Shown: positions 40,128 through 49,585 of the stretch, one piece after another
How positions within the stretch are numbered: the first letter of the stretch is position 1
Layout: every line of letters begins with the position of its first letter
Assembly: GCA_012274205.1 (NCBI GenBank)
Contig: JAAOZY010000044.1
Span: 1-49,585, forward strand
Length of the DNA stretch: 49,585 bases
Direction: 5' to 3'
DNA from: Betaproteobacteria bacterium
GTDB taxonomy: Bacteria; Pseudomonadota; Gammaproteobacteria; Burkholderiales; SG8-39
Program-made: the position numbers and the translations under genes
The notes under the pieces: generated by a model
The model's database searches: none
What the model was told of the DNA's origin: nothing
Seen by the model: the letters and a program-made list of their open reading frames with translations, nothing else

Positions 40128-41033
40128 CTAGTAACGCAGCAGTGAGGCGCGCACGTCCTGATCGTCCAGGCGCTTGAGAAACCAGCGCAGCGCCTTGCCC
40201 TTCTCGCGCGCGCGCCAGGCGTAGTAGAGGTTGCCCGCCGGCTTGATTTCCTCCACTTCCTTCGCCACCAGGCGTTTCGCCTTGATCAATGGCGCTGCCG
40301 CATGCGCCGGCAGATAGCCGCAGCCCAGGCCGGCCACTTGCGCCGCCACCTTCGATTGCAGATCCGGGAGCGTGAGCACGTCCTGCCCGGTGAGCAGGCC
40401 GACCGAGCGCGGCGCCAGGCTGCGCGAGCTGTCGCCGATGGCGACGGCGCGGTGCGCGAGGATCTGCTCGTGCTGGAGCGGATCGGGCAGTTTCGCCAAG
40501 GGGTGCGCAGGCGCGACGGCGAACACGAAGTCCTTGTAGCCGAGCATGCGAATCGCGTAGCCGCCGCCGGCGGGCACCTCGCCCGATACCCCCAGGGCCA
40601 GATCGGCGCGTCCCGACACCAGCGCATCCCAGGTGCCGGCGAGCACTTCGTGGGACACGCGTATGCGCGTGCCCGATTCCTCGGCGTAGAAGTCCGCGAT
40701 CAGCGCAAACAGCTGCGGTGCCGGTATCATGATGTCGAGCGCGATGCGCAGCTCGGTTTCCCAGCCGGTAGCGACGCGCTTCACCCGGCATTCGAGTTCG
40801 TCCGCGGCGCGCAGCAGTTGCCGGCCCTCGCGCATCAGTTCCTCCCCGGCCGGCGTCAGCCGTGCGCGGCGGCGGCTGCGATCGAACAGCGCCACGCCCA
40901 GATCCTGTTCCAGCTTCTGCATCGTATAAGTGAGCGCGGAGGGCACGCGATGCAGCTCAGCCGCGGCGGCGGCGAAGCTGCCTTTGCGCTCGATCGCGTC
41001 CAGCGCCTGCAGCGCATCCAGGCTCAGTTTCAT
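40128..41033 (-). CDS. LysR family regulator (YhaJ-like)
   Basis: GSFAAAAAELHRVPSALTY..KLE, LTPAG; divergent from pirin. Confidence 0.95.
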   Translation of the reverse strand: MKLSLDALQALDAIERKGSFAAAAAELHRVPSALTYTMQKLEQDLGVALFDRSRRRARLTPAGEELMREGRQLLRAADELECRVKRVATGWETELRIALDIMIPAPQLFALIADFYAEESGTRIRVSHEVLAGTWDALVSGRADLALGVSGEVPAGGGYAIRMLGYKDFVFAVAPAHPLAKLPDPLQHEQILAHRAVAIGDSSRSLAPRSVGLLTGQDVLTLPDLQSKVAAQVAGLGCGYLPAHAAAPLIKAKRLVAKEVEEIKPAGNLYYAWRAREKGKALRWFLKRLDDQDVRASLLRY

Positions 41034-41045
41034 GGGCAGGGAAGT

Positions 41046-41064
41046 TATTCAGTAGTTTTGAATA
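41046..41064. promoter_or_regulatory. LysR-type operator
   Basis: TATTCA-N7-TGAATA palindrome between divergent lysR and pirin. Confidence 0.6.
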
Positions 41065-41159
41065 TAAATGTCAAAATTATTCGCTTTTTTTCCAAATGCG
41101 GCAAGCCTATCATCTGATCCATGGGTTCAAAACACCAGAACTAACCGTAGGAGACAAGC

Positions 41160-41858
<699 letters not shown>

Positions 41859-41895
41859 ACGGCGTAATTGCACCATTCACCAATGGAGGAATCGC

Positions 41896-42306
41896 ATGAA
41901 CACCAAAGTACAAGACTCCGCGGCCCTGGCCGGTCGCATCCTGCTCGCGCTGATTTTCATCATCTCGGGCTACGGCAAGATCAAGGGCTATGACGCTACC
42001 GCCGGCTACATGGCGAGCAAGGGCCTGCCCCTGGTCGGCGTATTGCTGCCGCTCACCATCCTGGTCGAACTCGGCGGCAGCCTGCTGATCGTGATCGGCT
42101 GGAAGGCGCGCTGGGCAGCCGCGGCGCTGTTCCTGTTCCTGATACCGGTCACGCTGGTGTTCCACAATCCGGCCGGACTGGACGCGGCACAAGCGCAGGG
42201 GCAGATGATCCACTTGCTGAAGAACATTTCCATCATGGGCGGCATGCTTGGCCTGTTCGCTTTCGGCCCCGGACGCTTTAGTATTGACGGCTGGAAGAGC
42301 GCATAA
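41896..42306 (+). CDS. DoxX family membrane protein
   Basis: GRILLALIF..SGYGK, ELGG, KNISIMGG, GPGRFS. Confidence 0.92.
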   Translation: MNTKVQDSAALAGRILLALIFIISGYGKIKGYDATAGYMASKGLPLVGVLLPLTILVELGGSLLIVIGWKARWAAAALFLFLIPVTLVFHNPAGLDAAQAQGQMIHLLKNISIMGGMLGLFAFGPGRFSIDGWKSA

Positions 42307-42389
42307 GAGTCTATTTGGAAATGAGGGGAAAACTCCTCCTCATACTCCCCTATATTGGGCGTTGCAAAATGAAATTTCGCAACGGATTC
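42307..42389. mobile_element. MITE-like element, 83 bp, related to 39999-40127
   Basis: Imperfect TIRs GAGTCTATTTGGAAAT / ATTTCGCAACGGATTC; shared GAGGGGA and CTCCCCT blocks; flanked by TAA and TGA. Confidence 0.55.
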
Positions 42390-42448
42390 TGATTGCAAAT
42401 CCCGGACCGGTGAAGCCGGTCCGCCGCGCCAAGGGAAGAGGTTCGACC

Positions 42449-42940
42449 GTGATCAAAAAGCTCTATCACAATGCCTACCGCTGCCGCGACTCGGAGCAGA
42501 CGCGGCAGTTTTACGAAGACTTTCTCGGGCTGCGCCTGGCAGGCACGCTCGAAATCAAGGAAACGAAGAGCGGCCGCAACACCGATACGCTGCATACGTT
42601 CTACCAGCTCGACGACGGCTCCTACCTCGCCTTCTTCGAGGCGCCGGACATGGCTTTCGAGTTCAAGCGCCAGCACGACTACGATCTGCACATCGCGCTC
42701 GAGGTGGATGCGCCCGAGCTGGAGCCGATGATGGCAAAGGGCAGGGCGCAGGGAATCGAAACGCGCGGCATTTCCGATCATGGCTTCATCCACTCGATCT
42801 ACTTCCGCGATCCGAATGGCTATGTCATCGAGCTGACTGCGAAGATGCCCGATCATGCGCTGGCGATGGATCCGGCGACCAACGGCGCCCGCGCCAAGCT
42901 CGACCGGTGGAGCGCGAACCGGGCGCACCCGGCAGCCTGA
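42449..42940 (+). CDS. VOC/glyoxalase family protein
   Basis: HNAYRCRD..T..FYEDFLG, HIAL, SIYFRDPNGYVIEL; GTG start. Confidence 0.9.
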   Translation: MIKKLYHNAYRCRDSEQTRQFYEDFLGLRLAGTLEIKETKSGRNTDTLHTFYQLDDGSYLAFFEAPDMAFEFKRQHDYDLHIALEVDAPELEPMMAKGRAQGIETRGISDHGFIHSIYFRDPNGYVIELTAKMPDHALAMDPATNGARAKLDRWSANRAHPAA

Positions 42941-43017
42941 CAGCCAATACAATCCGGGTTCGGAAATCCAGTCCGGCATAGTGCCGGCCTGCGTATGCGT
43001 CATCGTGAGGGGCTGCC

Positions 43018-44835
43018 ATGCATCTGCTCGAACAGGCTGCAATTTTTCTGCTGGCCGCGGTGCTGCTGGTGCCGCTGTTCCGGCGGCTCAAACTCGGCTC
43101 GGTGCTGGGCTACCTCGCTTCGGGCATGGCCATCGGACCCTGGGGGCTGGGCCTGGTCGGCGAAGTGCAGGCGACCATGAATTTCGCCGAATTCGGCGTG
43201 GTGCTGCTCTTGTTTCTGATCGGCCTCGAACTGCAGCCGAGCCGGCTGTGGGTGCTGCGCCGGCCGGTATTCGGCCTGGGCGGCGCACAGGTGGCGGCGA
43301 CCACGCTGGCGCTGATGCTCGCGAGCCTGGCATTCGGCCTGAACTGGCGCGAGGCGCTGGTGGTCGGCTTCGGCCTGGCAATGTCCTCCACGGCGCTGGT
43401 GATCTCCTCGCTCGCCGAGCGCGGCCAGCTGGCCGAGCGCCATGGCCGCAACGCCTTTGCCGTGCTGCTGTTCCAGGATCTGTCGGTGATTCCGATGCTG
43501 GCGCTGCTGCCGCTGCTGGCGTCCAACACGGCGCAGGGCGGCGGCAACTGGATCGCGGCGCTCAAGGGCGTGGCGGTGATCGTGGCGGTGATCGCGGGCA
43601 GCCGGCTGGTGGTGCGCCCGCTGCTGAAGCGCGCGGCCAGCTACGGCGGGCGCGAGGTGTTCACCGCGGCGGCCTTGCTGCTGGTGATCGGCGCCGCGCT
43701 GATCATGGAGCGCATCGGCCTGTCGGCCTCGCTCGGCGCCTTTCTCGCCGGCGTGCTGCTCGCCGACTCGGAGTTCCGCCACGAACTCGAGGCCGACATC
43801 GAGCCGTTCAAAGGCCTGCTGCTCGGATTGTTCTTCATCGCCGTGGGCATGAGCGCGAATCTGGACCTCGCCTGGCAGCGGCCGCTCGCGGTATTCGGGC
43901 TGGCGCTGGGCCTGATGGCCGGCAAGTTTGCGCTCATGTATGCAATCGCACGCGCCGGCGGCGCGCCGGACGAAACCTCGCAGCGGCTGGCCGCAGCGCT
44001 GGCGCAGGGCGGGGAGTTTGCCTTCGTGCTGTTCGCGGCGGCTGCGGGCCTGGGCATGTTCGCCGCGGACACGGCGCAGCTGCTGGTGCTGGTGGTAACG
44101 CTGTCGATGCTGCTCGCGCCGCCGTTTTTCGCGCTGCACGAGCGCGCGCTCGCGCTCTGGCTGGCGCGCAGCGCCGCGCCCGAGTACGACAGCATCGACG
44201 GGCCCGGCAATCCGGTCATCATCGCCGGCTACGGCCGCTTCGGTCAGATCGTGTCGCGCGTACTGCGCATGTGCGGTTTGCCGTTCACGGCGCTGGAGGC
44301 GAGCTACCAGCAGGTGGATTTCGTGCGCCGCTTCGGCAGCAACAAGGTCTATTACGGCGATGCGTCGCGGCTCGAATTGCTGCAGGCCGCGAAGGCGGGC
44401 GAAGCCAGGCTGTTCGTGCTCGCAATCGACGATGTCGAGGCCTCGGTCAAGACCGCGGAGGTGGTGCGCAGGCATTTCCCCGATCTGCCGATCCTCGCGC
44501 GCGCGCGCAACCGCGTGCACTACTTCCGGCTGCGCGACCTGGGCGTCAAGGCGATCTATCGCGAAACGTTCCCGGCGAGCCTCGACGTCGCGCGCCAGGC
44601 GCTGCTGCGCCTGGGCTTTGGCGCCGCTGCGGCCGAGCATGCGATCGGGCTGTTTCGCCAGCACGACGAGTCCCAGCTCGAAGCGCAGTACGCGGTGAAA
44701 CACGACGAGGCGAAGCTGATCCAGACCGCAAAGCAGGCGGCCGAACAGTTGCGCGAATTGTTCGAGGCCGACAGCGCGGGGACGGTCGCGGATTTCCCGC
44801 GCGTCGCGGCCGAGGGCGCGCCGCGCCGGTCTTGA
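43018..44835 (+). CDS. Glutathione-regulated K+ efflux antiporter KefB/KefC family
   Basis: LLFQD, SEFRHELEADIEPFKGLLLGLFF, KTN domain GYGRFGQ, YYGDA. Confidence 0.93.
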   Translation: MHLLEQAAIFLLAAVLLVPLFRRLKLGSVLGYLASGMAIGPWGLGLVGEVQATMNFAEFGVVLLLFLIGLELQPSRLWVLRRPVFGLGGAQVAATTLALMLASLAFGLNWREALVVGFGLAMSSTALVISSLAERGQLAERHGRNAFAVLLFQDLSVIPMLALLPLLASNTAQGGGNWIAALKGVAVIVAVIAGSRLVVRPLLKRAASYGGREVFTAAALLLVIGAALIMERIGLSASLGAFLAGVLLADSEFRHELEADIEPFKGLLLGLFFIAVGMSANLDLAWQRPLAVFGLALGLMAGKFALMYAIARAGGAPDETSQRLAAALAQGGEFAFVLFAAAAGLGMFAADTAQLLVLVVTLSMLLAPPFFALHERALALWLARSAAPEYDSIDGPGNPVIIAGYGRFGQIVSRVLRMCGLPFTALEASYQQVDFVRRFGSNKVYYGDASRLELLQAAKAGEARLFVLAIDDVEASVKTAEVVRRHFPDLPILARARNRVHYFRLRDLGVKAIYRETFPASLDVARQALLRLGFGAAAAEHAIGLFRQHDESQLEAQYAVKHDEAKLIQTAKQAAEQLRELFEADSAGTVADFPRVAAEGAPRRS

Positions 44836-44890
44836 GGCGCGCCGACTGCGAACCGTCGGGCTGGCGCCCGAATAGCTTTAGAATGCCGGT

Positions 44891-45505
44891 ATGAACACCA
44901 TGGTTGTATTGATTTCCGGCCGCGGCAGCAATCTGCGGGCGCTGGTCGAGGCCGGTTTGCCAGTGGCGGCGGTGATCAGCAACCGCGCCGATGCGGCGGG
45001 GCTCGCGTACGCTGCCGGTCGCGGCATCGCGACCGCGGTAGTGCCCCACCGCGACTATGCCACGCGCGAGGAATTCGACGCGGCGCTGGGGCAGGCGATC
45101 GACGCGTTCCGCCCCGGGCTGGTCGCGCTCGCCGGCTTCATGCGCATCCTCACCGCGGGATTCGTGCAGCGCTATCACGGCCGCATGCTCAACATCCATC
45201 CCTCGCTGCTGCCCGCATTTGCAGGACTGGACACCCATGCGCGCGCGCTTGCGGCCGGAGTGAAGCTGCACGGCTGCAGCGTCCACTTCGTTACCGCCGA
45301 ACTCGACCATGGCCCGATAGTCATGCAGGCGGCGGTGCCGGTGCTTGCCAGCGACGACGCAACCGCGCTCGCCGCGCGCGTGCTGGCGCAGGAGCATCGC
45401 ATCTACCCGCAGGCGGCGCGCTGGTACCTCGAACAAAAACTGGTCATCGAGCGCGGGGTGGTGCGCGTTAAGGGAGATCCTCCCCAGCAGTCGTACGCGC
45501 CGTGA
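44891..45505 (+). CDS. purN: Phosphoribosylglycinamide formyltransferase
   Basis: ISGRGSNL, LAGFMRIL, NIHPSLLP, ELDHGP. Confidence 0.97.
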   Translation: MNTMVVLISGRGSNLRALVEAGLPVAAVISNRADAAGLAYAAGRGIATAVVPHRDYATREEFDAALGQAIDAFRPGLVALAGFMRILTAGFVQRYHGRMLNIHPSLLPAFAGLDTHARALAAGVKLHGCSVHFVTAELDHGPIVMQAAVPVLASDDATALAARVLAQEHRIYPQAARWYLEQKLVIERGVVRVKGDPPQQSYAP

Positions 45506-46203
45506 TCAAATCCATTGCCTTTATCGCAGCCTGCGCCTATGCCGGCGCCTGCGCGGCGCAGCCGCCGCACCGGGTCGGCCTGAGCTACGAACTCAGCTAC
45601 AACGGCATCGTCGCGGCCGAGCTGACCGAGGTGTTGAAGCACGACGGCAAGACTTTTTCGCTGAGCTCAGAAGGCCGGGGCAAGGGCATAGGCGCGCTGC
45701 TGTACCGGGGCGCGGCCAGGCGTTCCTGCCGCGGCGAAATCACCAGCGCCGGCCTGCGTCCGCTCGAGTTCCGCGAGCAGCGCGGCGACCGGCCGGCCGC
45801 AGTGGCCAGCTTCGATTGGGCGAAAAAGACGCTGACGCAGGAATACGACGGCAAGACCGAGACCACGCGCATGGTGCCGCAGTTGCAGGACCGGCTGAGC
45901 TTCCTCTACGATTTTGCATTCCAGTCCGCGCCCGATCTCAAACCGGGCAAGGTGCTCAGGGCGGTGCTGACCGACGGCAGGGGCCTGAGCCGCTTCGAGT
46001 ACAAGGTCGAGGGGACGGAACTGCTGAAGACGCCGGCGGGCGAGTTGCAGACGGTGCATCTGGTGAAGCAGCGCGAGAACCAGGACGACAAGGGCACGGA
46101 GCTGTGGTTTGCGCTGGATCGCGACTACCTGCCGGTGCGCATTCTGGTGCTCGAAAAGGACGGCGCGCGCATCGACCAGGTGCTGACGCGGATCGAAAAC
46201 TGA
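45502..46203 (+). CDS. DUF3108 exported protein
   Basis: Signal peptide; LQDRLS, TPAGEL, ELWFA...YLPVRI. Confidence 0.8.
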   Translation: MIKSIAFIAACAYAGACAAQPPHRVGLSYELSYNGIVAAELTEVLKHDGKTFSLSSEGRGKGIGALLYRGAARRSCRGEITSAGLRPLEFREQRGDRPAAVASFDWAKKTLTQEYDGKTETTRMVPQLQDRLSFLYDFAFQSAPDLKPGKVLRAVLTDGRGLSRFEYKVEGTELLKTPAGELQTVHLVKQRENQDDKGTELWFALDRDYLPVRILVLEKDGARIDQVLTRIEN

Positions 46204-47459
46204 TGCCCGCCCTGCACCGACCGCTGCTCGAACACACTGCGGCCGCGCTGGCGGCGGTGCTGGAATTCAAATATCCGGCCGATGCGGTGCTGTCGCGCTA
46301 CCTGCGCGCCCACCGCGCCATCGGCCAGCAGGACCGCGCTTTCGTCGCCGACAACGTGTTCGCGATCCTGCGCCGCCTGCGGCTGCTGGAATCGCTGGCG
46401 CAGGGCCGCGACCCGCGCCGGCTGGTGCTGGCGGGGCTTATGCGCCTGCACGGCCTGAGTCTGCGCGAACTCGACGCGGTGCTGAACAGCGGGGAGCGCG
46501 ACTGGCTGGCGCAACTCAAGGGGCGCGCCGAGGACGACTCGCTCGCGCTGCGCTGCGATTTTCCCGACTGGCTGCTCGCCCGGCTGCAGCGGCAGTACGG
46601 CGAACAGGAACTGCTTGCGCTCGCGCACAGCCTGCACGAGAGCGCGCCGCTCGACTTGCGCGTGAACCTGCTGAAAGCCGAGCGCGAGGCGGTGCTTGCG
46701 CGCCTTGCCGCGGACGGCATCGGCGCGCGCGCGACGCCCTATTCGCCGCTGGGCGTGCGCCTCGAAGGCAAGCCGCAGATCAACCGGCACGCGCTGTTTC
46801 TCGAGGGCGCGATCGAGATCCAGGACGAGGGCAGCCAGCTCCTGTGCCAGCTGCTCGCGCCGCGGCGCGGCGAGATGGTCGCGGATTTCTGCGCCGGAGC
46901 CGGCGGCAAGACGCTGGCGCTGGGCGCGCTGATGCGCTCGAGCGGCCGGCTGTACGCGTTCGACGTGTCGGAGAAGCGGCTCGCCGGCCTCAAGCCGCGC
47001 CTTGCGCGCTCGGGACTCTCCAACGTGCATCCGCAGTGGATTGCGAGCGAGAGTGACGCGCGCCTGAAGCGCCTCGCCGGCAAGCTCGACCGTGTGCTGG
47101 TGGACGCGCCCTGCACCGGCCTGGGCACGCTGCGGCGCAACCCCGATCTCAAATGGCGCCAGGACGAGAACGCGCTCGCGGCATACCGCGCGCAGCAGGA
47201 CCGCATACTCGCCGCGGCAGCGAAGCTGGTGAAACCGGGCGGAAGCCTGCTCTATGCGACCTGCAGCCTGCTCGAGGAAGAGAATGCCGGCGTGGTCGAG
47301 TCCTTTCTCGGCGCCAACGCGCAGTTCTCGCTGCAGCCGGCCAACGCGGTGCTGGCGCAGCAGCGCATTGCACTGGATACCGGCGCGTACCTGCAGCTTG
47401 CGCCGCATGTGCATGGCACTGACGGTTTTTTTGCGGCGCTGCTGACAAGAAGTCGATGA
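46203..47459 (+). CDS. RsmB/NOP family RNA m5C methyltransferase
   Basis: QDEGSQ, DFCAGAGGKT, DAPCTG, YATCS, DGFF. Confidence 0.95.
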   Translation: MPALHRPLLEHTAAALAAVLEFKYPADAVLSRYLRAHRAIGQQDRAFVADNVFAILRRLRLLESLAQGRDPRRLVLAGLMRLHGLSLRELDAVLNSGERDWLAQLKGRAEDDSLALRCDFPDWLLARLQRQYGEQELLALAHSLHESAPLDLRVNLLKAEREAVLARLAADGIGARATPYSPLGVRLEGKPQINRHALFLEGAIEIQDEGSQLLCQLLAPRRGEMVADFCAGAGGKTLALGALMRSSGRLYAFDVSEKRLAGLKPRLARSGLSNVHPQWIASESDARLKRLAGKLDRVLVDAPCTGLGTLRRNPDLKWRQDENALAAYRAQQDRILAAAAKLVKPGGSLLYATCSLLEEENAGVVESFLGANAQFSLQPANAVLAQQRIALDTGAYLQLAPHVHGTDGFFAALLTRSR

Positions 47460-48004
47460 AACGGGTCGCTCTATTGCTTGCGCTGCTGCTCGCCGGCGCG
47501 GCCGGGGCGCAAGTGCCGCCGCAATTCCCGGCGCAGGGAACGGTGCAGGTGGCATTCACGCCCTGGGACAAGGCCGAGGCGCTGATCGTGGACAGCCTGC
47601 GCCGGGCCAGGCGGCAGATTCTGGTGCAGGCGTTCAGCTTCACCAGCCGCCCCCTGGCGAACGCGCTGATCGCCGCCAAACGGCGCGGAGTAGAGGTGCA
47701 GGTGCTGGCCGACCGGGAGCAGACCTTCGGCGGCGAGGCGAGCCGCATACCAGATCTGGCCCGGGCCGGCATCCCGGTGATGCTGGAGGTGCGCTACCAA
47801 AGCGCGCACAATAAGATCATGGTGATCGACGACAGCACTGCCGATGCTACGGTGATCACGGGGAGCTACAATTGGACCTACGCCGCGCAGTACAAGAATG
47901 CTGAAAACGTGCTGATCCTGCGGCAAAATCCCGATGTCGCGCATGCCTACGCCGCCAACTGGCGGCGGCACCGCGCCGACGCCTTGCCCTACGCCGAACA
48001 ATGA
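47456..48004 (+). CDS. Secreted PLD-superfamily (Nuc-like) nuclease
   Basis: Signal peptide; single HNKIMVID...TGSYNW...NAEN motif. Confidence 0.88.
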   Translation: MKRVALLLALLLAGAAGAQVPPQFPAQGTVQVAFTPWDKAEALIVDSLRRARRQILVQAFSFTSRPLANALIAAKRRGVEVQVLADREQTFGGEASRIPDLARAGIPVMLEVRYQSAHNKIMVIDDSTADATVITGSYNWTYAAQYKNAENVLILRQNPDVAHAYAANWRRHRADALPYAEQ

Positions 48005-49281
48005 AAAAAGAGACCTACAGCAACCTGCTGCAAAACGCCTGGATCGACCTTCACGATCCGCAGGTTGCGTGGCAAATCGCCATCCTGCTTGGCTGCTTCG
48101 CCCTCGCCTGGGGCGCGGGCCGGGCGCTGCGCCTGTCGCGCGTCGAGGCCGACGGCATATGGAAATTAGGTGTTGGCGGCCTGCGGCGCATCCTGTTTCC
48201 GATCGTCGCGCTGCTCCCGCTGACGCTAAGCATCAGCCTGGCCAAGCGCTGGATCGAGGTCGACCTGTTGCGGCTGTTCGTGCCGCTGCTCATATCGCTG
48301 CTGCTGGTGCGCCTGTTCTTCTATCTGCTGCGCCACGTGTTCGCGCGCGGCAGCATCGTGCGCAGTTTCGAGCGCGCCATCGCGGTCCTGGTATGGGGCG
48401 GATTGGTGCTGCATGTTTCCGGCCTGCTGCCGGACGTGATCGACATTCTCGACGATATCAAGTTCCATCTTGGTACGCAGAAGCTCTCGCTGTGGCTGGT
48501 GCTGCAGGGCCTGTTCTGGGTGGTGATCACGCTGCTCGCGGCGATGTGGCTCTCCGGCACCATCGAGGCGCGGCTGATGCGCGCCGAATCGCTGCATTCC
48601 AGCCTGCGCGTGGTGTTCTCGCGCATCGCCAGGGCGCTGTTGGTGGTGCTTGCGGTAATTATCGTGCTGCCGCTGCTGGGCATAAACCTCACGGTCCTGT
48701 CGCTGTTCGGAGGCGCCATCGGCGTGGGCGTGGGCTTTGGCCTGCAGAAGATCGCGAGCAATTACATCAGCGGCTTCATTGTCCTGCTCGACCGTTCCAT
48801 CCGCATCGGTGACCTGATCACGGTCGACAATTTTTACGGGGAGGTGAAGAACATCACCACGCGCTATGCAGTGGTGCGCGCGCTCGACGGGCGCGAGGCC
48901 ATCATTCCGAACGAACTGCTGATCGCAACCACGGTCCTGAACCATTCCTATTCCAACCGCCAAGTCCGCCTTGCCCTGCCGATTCAGGTCGCGTATCGAA
49001 GCGACCTGGAGCAGGCGATGAAGTTGATGGTGGAGGCCGCGCGCCGGCATGCGCGCGTGCTCGCCGACCCGCCGCCGAAGGCGTTTCTGCTGCGCTTTGC
49101 CGACAGCGGCATCGACCTCGAACTCGGGGTCTGGATCGACGATCCCGAAAGCGGCGTGCTCAGCATCCGCTCCGAGCTGTTTCTCGACACCTGGCGCGCC
49201 TTTCAGGAGGCCGGCATCGAGATTCCCTACCCGCAGCGCGAAGTGCGCATCCTGCCTGGCGCGGACGCCGCCCCTGTCTGA
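48001..49281 (+). CDS. Small-conductance mechanosensitive channel (MscS family)
   Basis: GVGVGFGLQ..SNYISG, IRIGD, IIPN, IEIPYPQRE. Confidence 0.95.
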   Translation: MKKETYSNLLQNAWIDLHDPQVAWQIAILLGCFALAWGAGRALRLSRVEADGIWKLGVGGLRRILFPIVALLPLTLSISLAKRWIEVDLLRLFVPLLISLLLVRLFFYLLRHVFARGSIVRSFERAIAVLVWGGLVLHVSGLLPDVIDILDDIKFHLGTQKLSLWLVLQGLFWVVITLLAAMWLSGTIEARLMRAESLHSSLRVVFSRIARALLVVLAVIIVLPLLGINLTVLSLFGGAIGVGVGFGLQKIASNYISGFIVLLDRSIRIGDLITVDNFYGEVKNITTRYAVVRALDGREAIIPNELLIATTVLNHSYSNRQVRLALPIQVAYRSDLEQAMKLMVEAARRHARVLADPPPKAFLLRFADSGIDLELGVWIDDPESGVLSIRSELFLDTWRAFQEAGIEIPYPQREVRILPGADAAPV

Positions 49282-49392
49282 GCCGCCGCGGCGCGCATGC
49301 GCCCGCCGGGCCTGACAGTCCGCCATTGCGCAATAGCCCAGATGACGTAGAATCCCTGCCTGTTTTCTGATATCGGCGGGGATCGAATTTCA

Positions 49393-49585
49393 ATGTTTTT
49401 TTCCGGGCTGTTGGATCTGCCTTGGTGGGGCCTGGTCATCGTGACCCTGGTCCTGACCCATATCAGCATTGCTGCTGTCACCATATTCCTGCATCGGCAC
49501 CAGGCCCACCGCGCGCTGGACCTGCATCCGCTGGCGAGCCATTTCTTCCGCCTCTGGCTGTGCCTGACCACCGGCATGGTGACCA
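49393..49585 (+). CDS. Acyl-CoA (delta-9) desaturase, truncated by the window end
   Basis: MFFSGLLDLPWWG...VTIFLHRHQAHRALDLHP, first His box. Confidence 0.88.
   Translation, partial: MFFSGLLDLPWWGLVIVTLVLTHISIAAVTIFLHRHQAHRALDLHPLASHFFRLWLCLTTGMVT

Noticed and set aside
45345..46202. 704-aa RsmB extension
   Set aside because: Overlaps purN and DUF3108; the real start is the coupled ATG at 46203.
47456..48004. Anti-phage defence system built on the PLD nuclease or HrpA helicase
   Set aside because: Signal peptide and housekeeping context; no partner defence genes.

Overview
High-GC chromosomal window, probably from a betaproteobacterium (judged from the phasin, the purN-DUF3108-rsmB-mscS-desaturase synteny and the MocR/DUF2917 divergon). 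It has about 45 credible CDS; no rRNA, tRNA or CRISPR array is visible. The left ~2.9 kb is a lower-GC islet with a short tyrosine recombinase, a truncated gene and a cation:H+ antiporter, interspersed with several degenerate ~32-bp two-armed sites. The rest contains, in order: hrpA; a thaumatin-domain lipoprotein; hsp20-lon-hsp20; a phasin with a structured CU-rich 3' UTR; a diguanylate cyclase; a TetR-B12 mutase-MeaB operon with the Leu/Asn signature of pivalyl-CoA mutase; a divergent AbfD-like Fe-S/FAD enzyme; gluQ with an in-frame palindromic insertion; gnd-zwf-tal; LysR-pirin-DoxX-VOC-Kef; and the purN cluster. Several MITE/REP-like elements occur. All calls are by eye from motifs; no database search was run.
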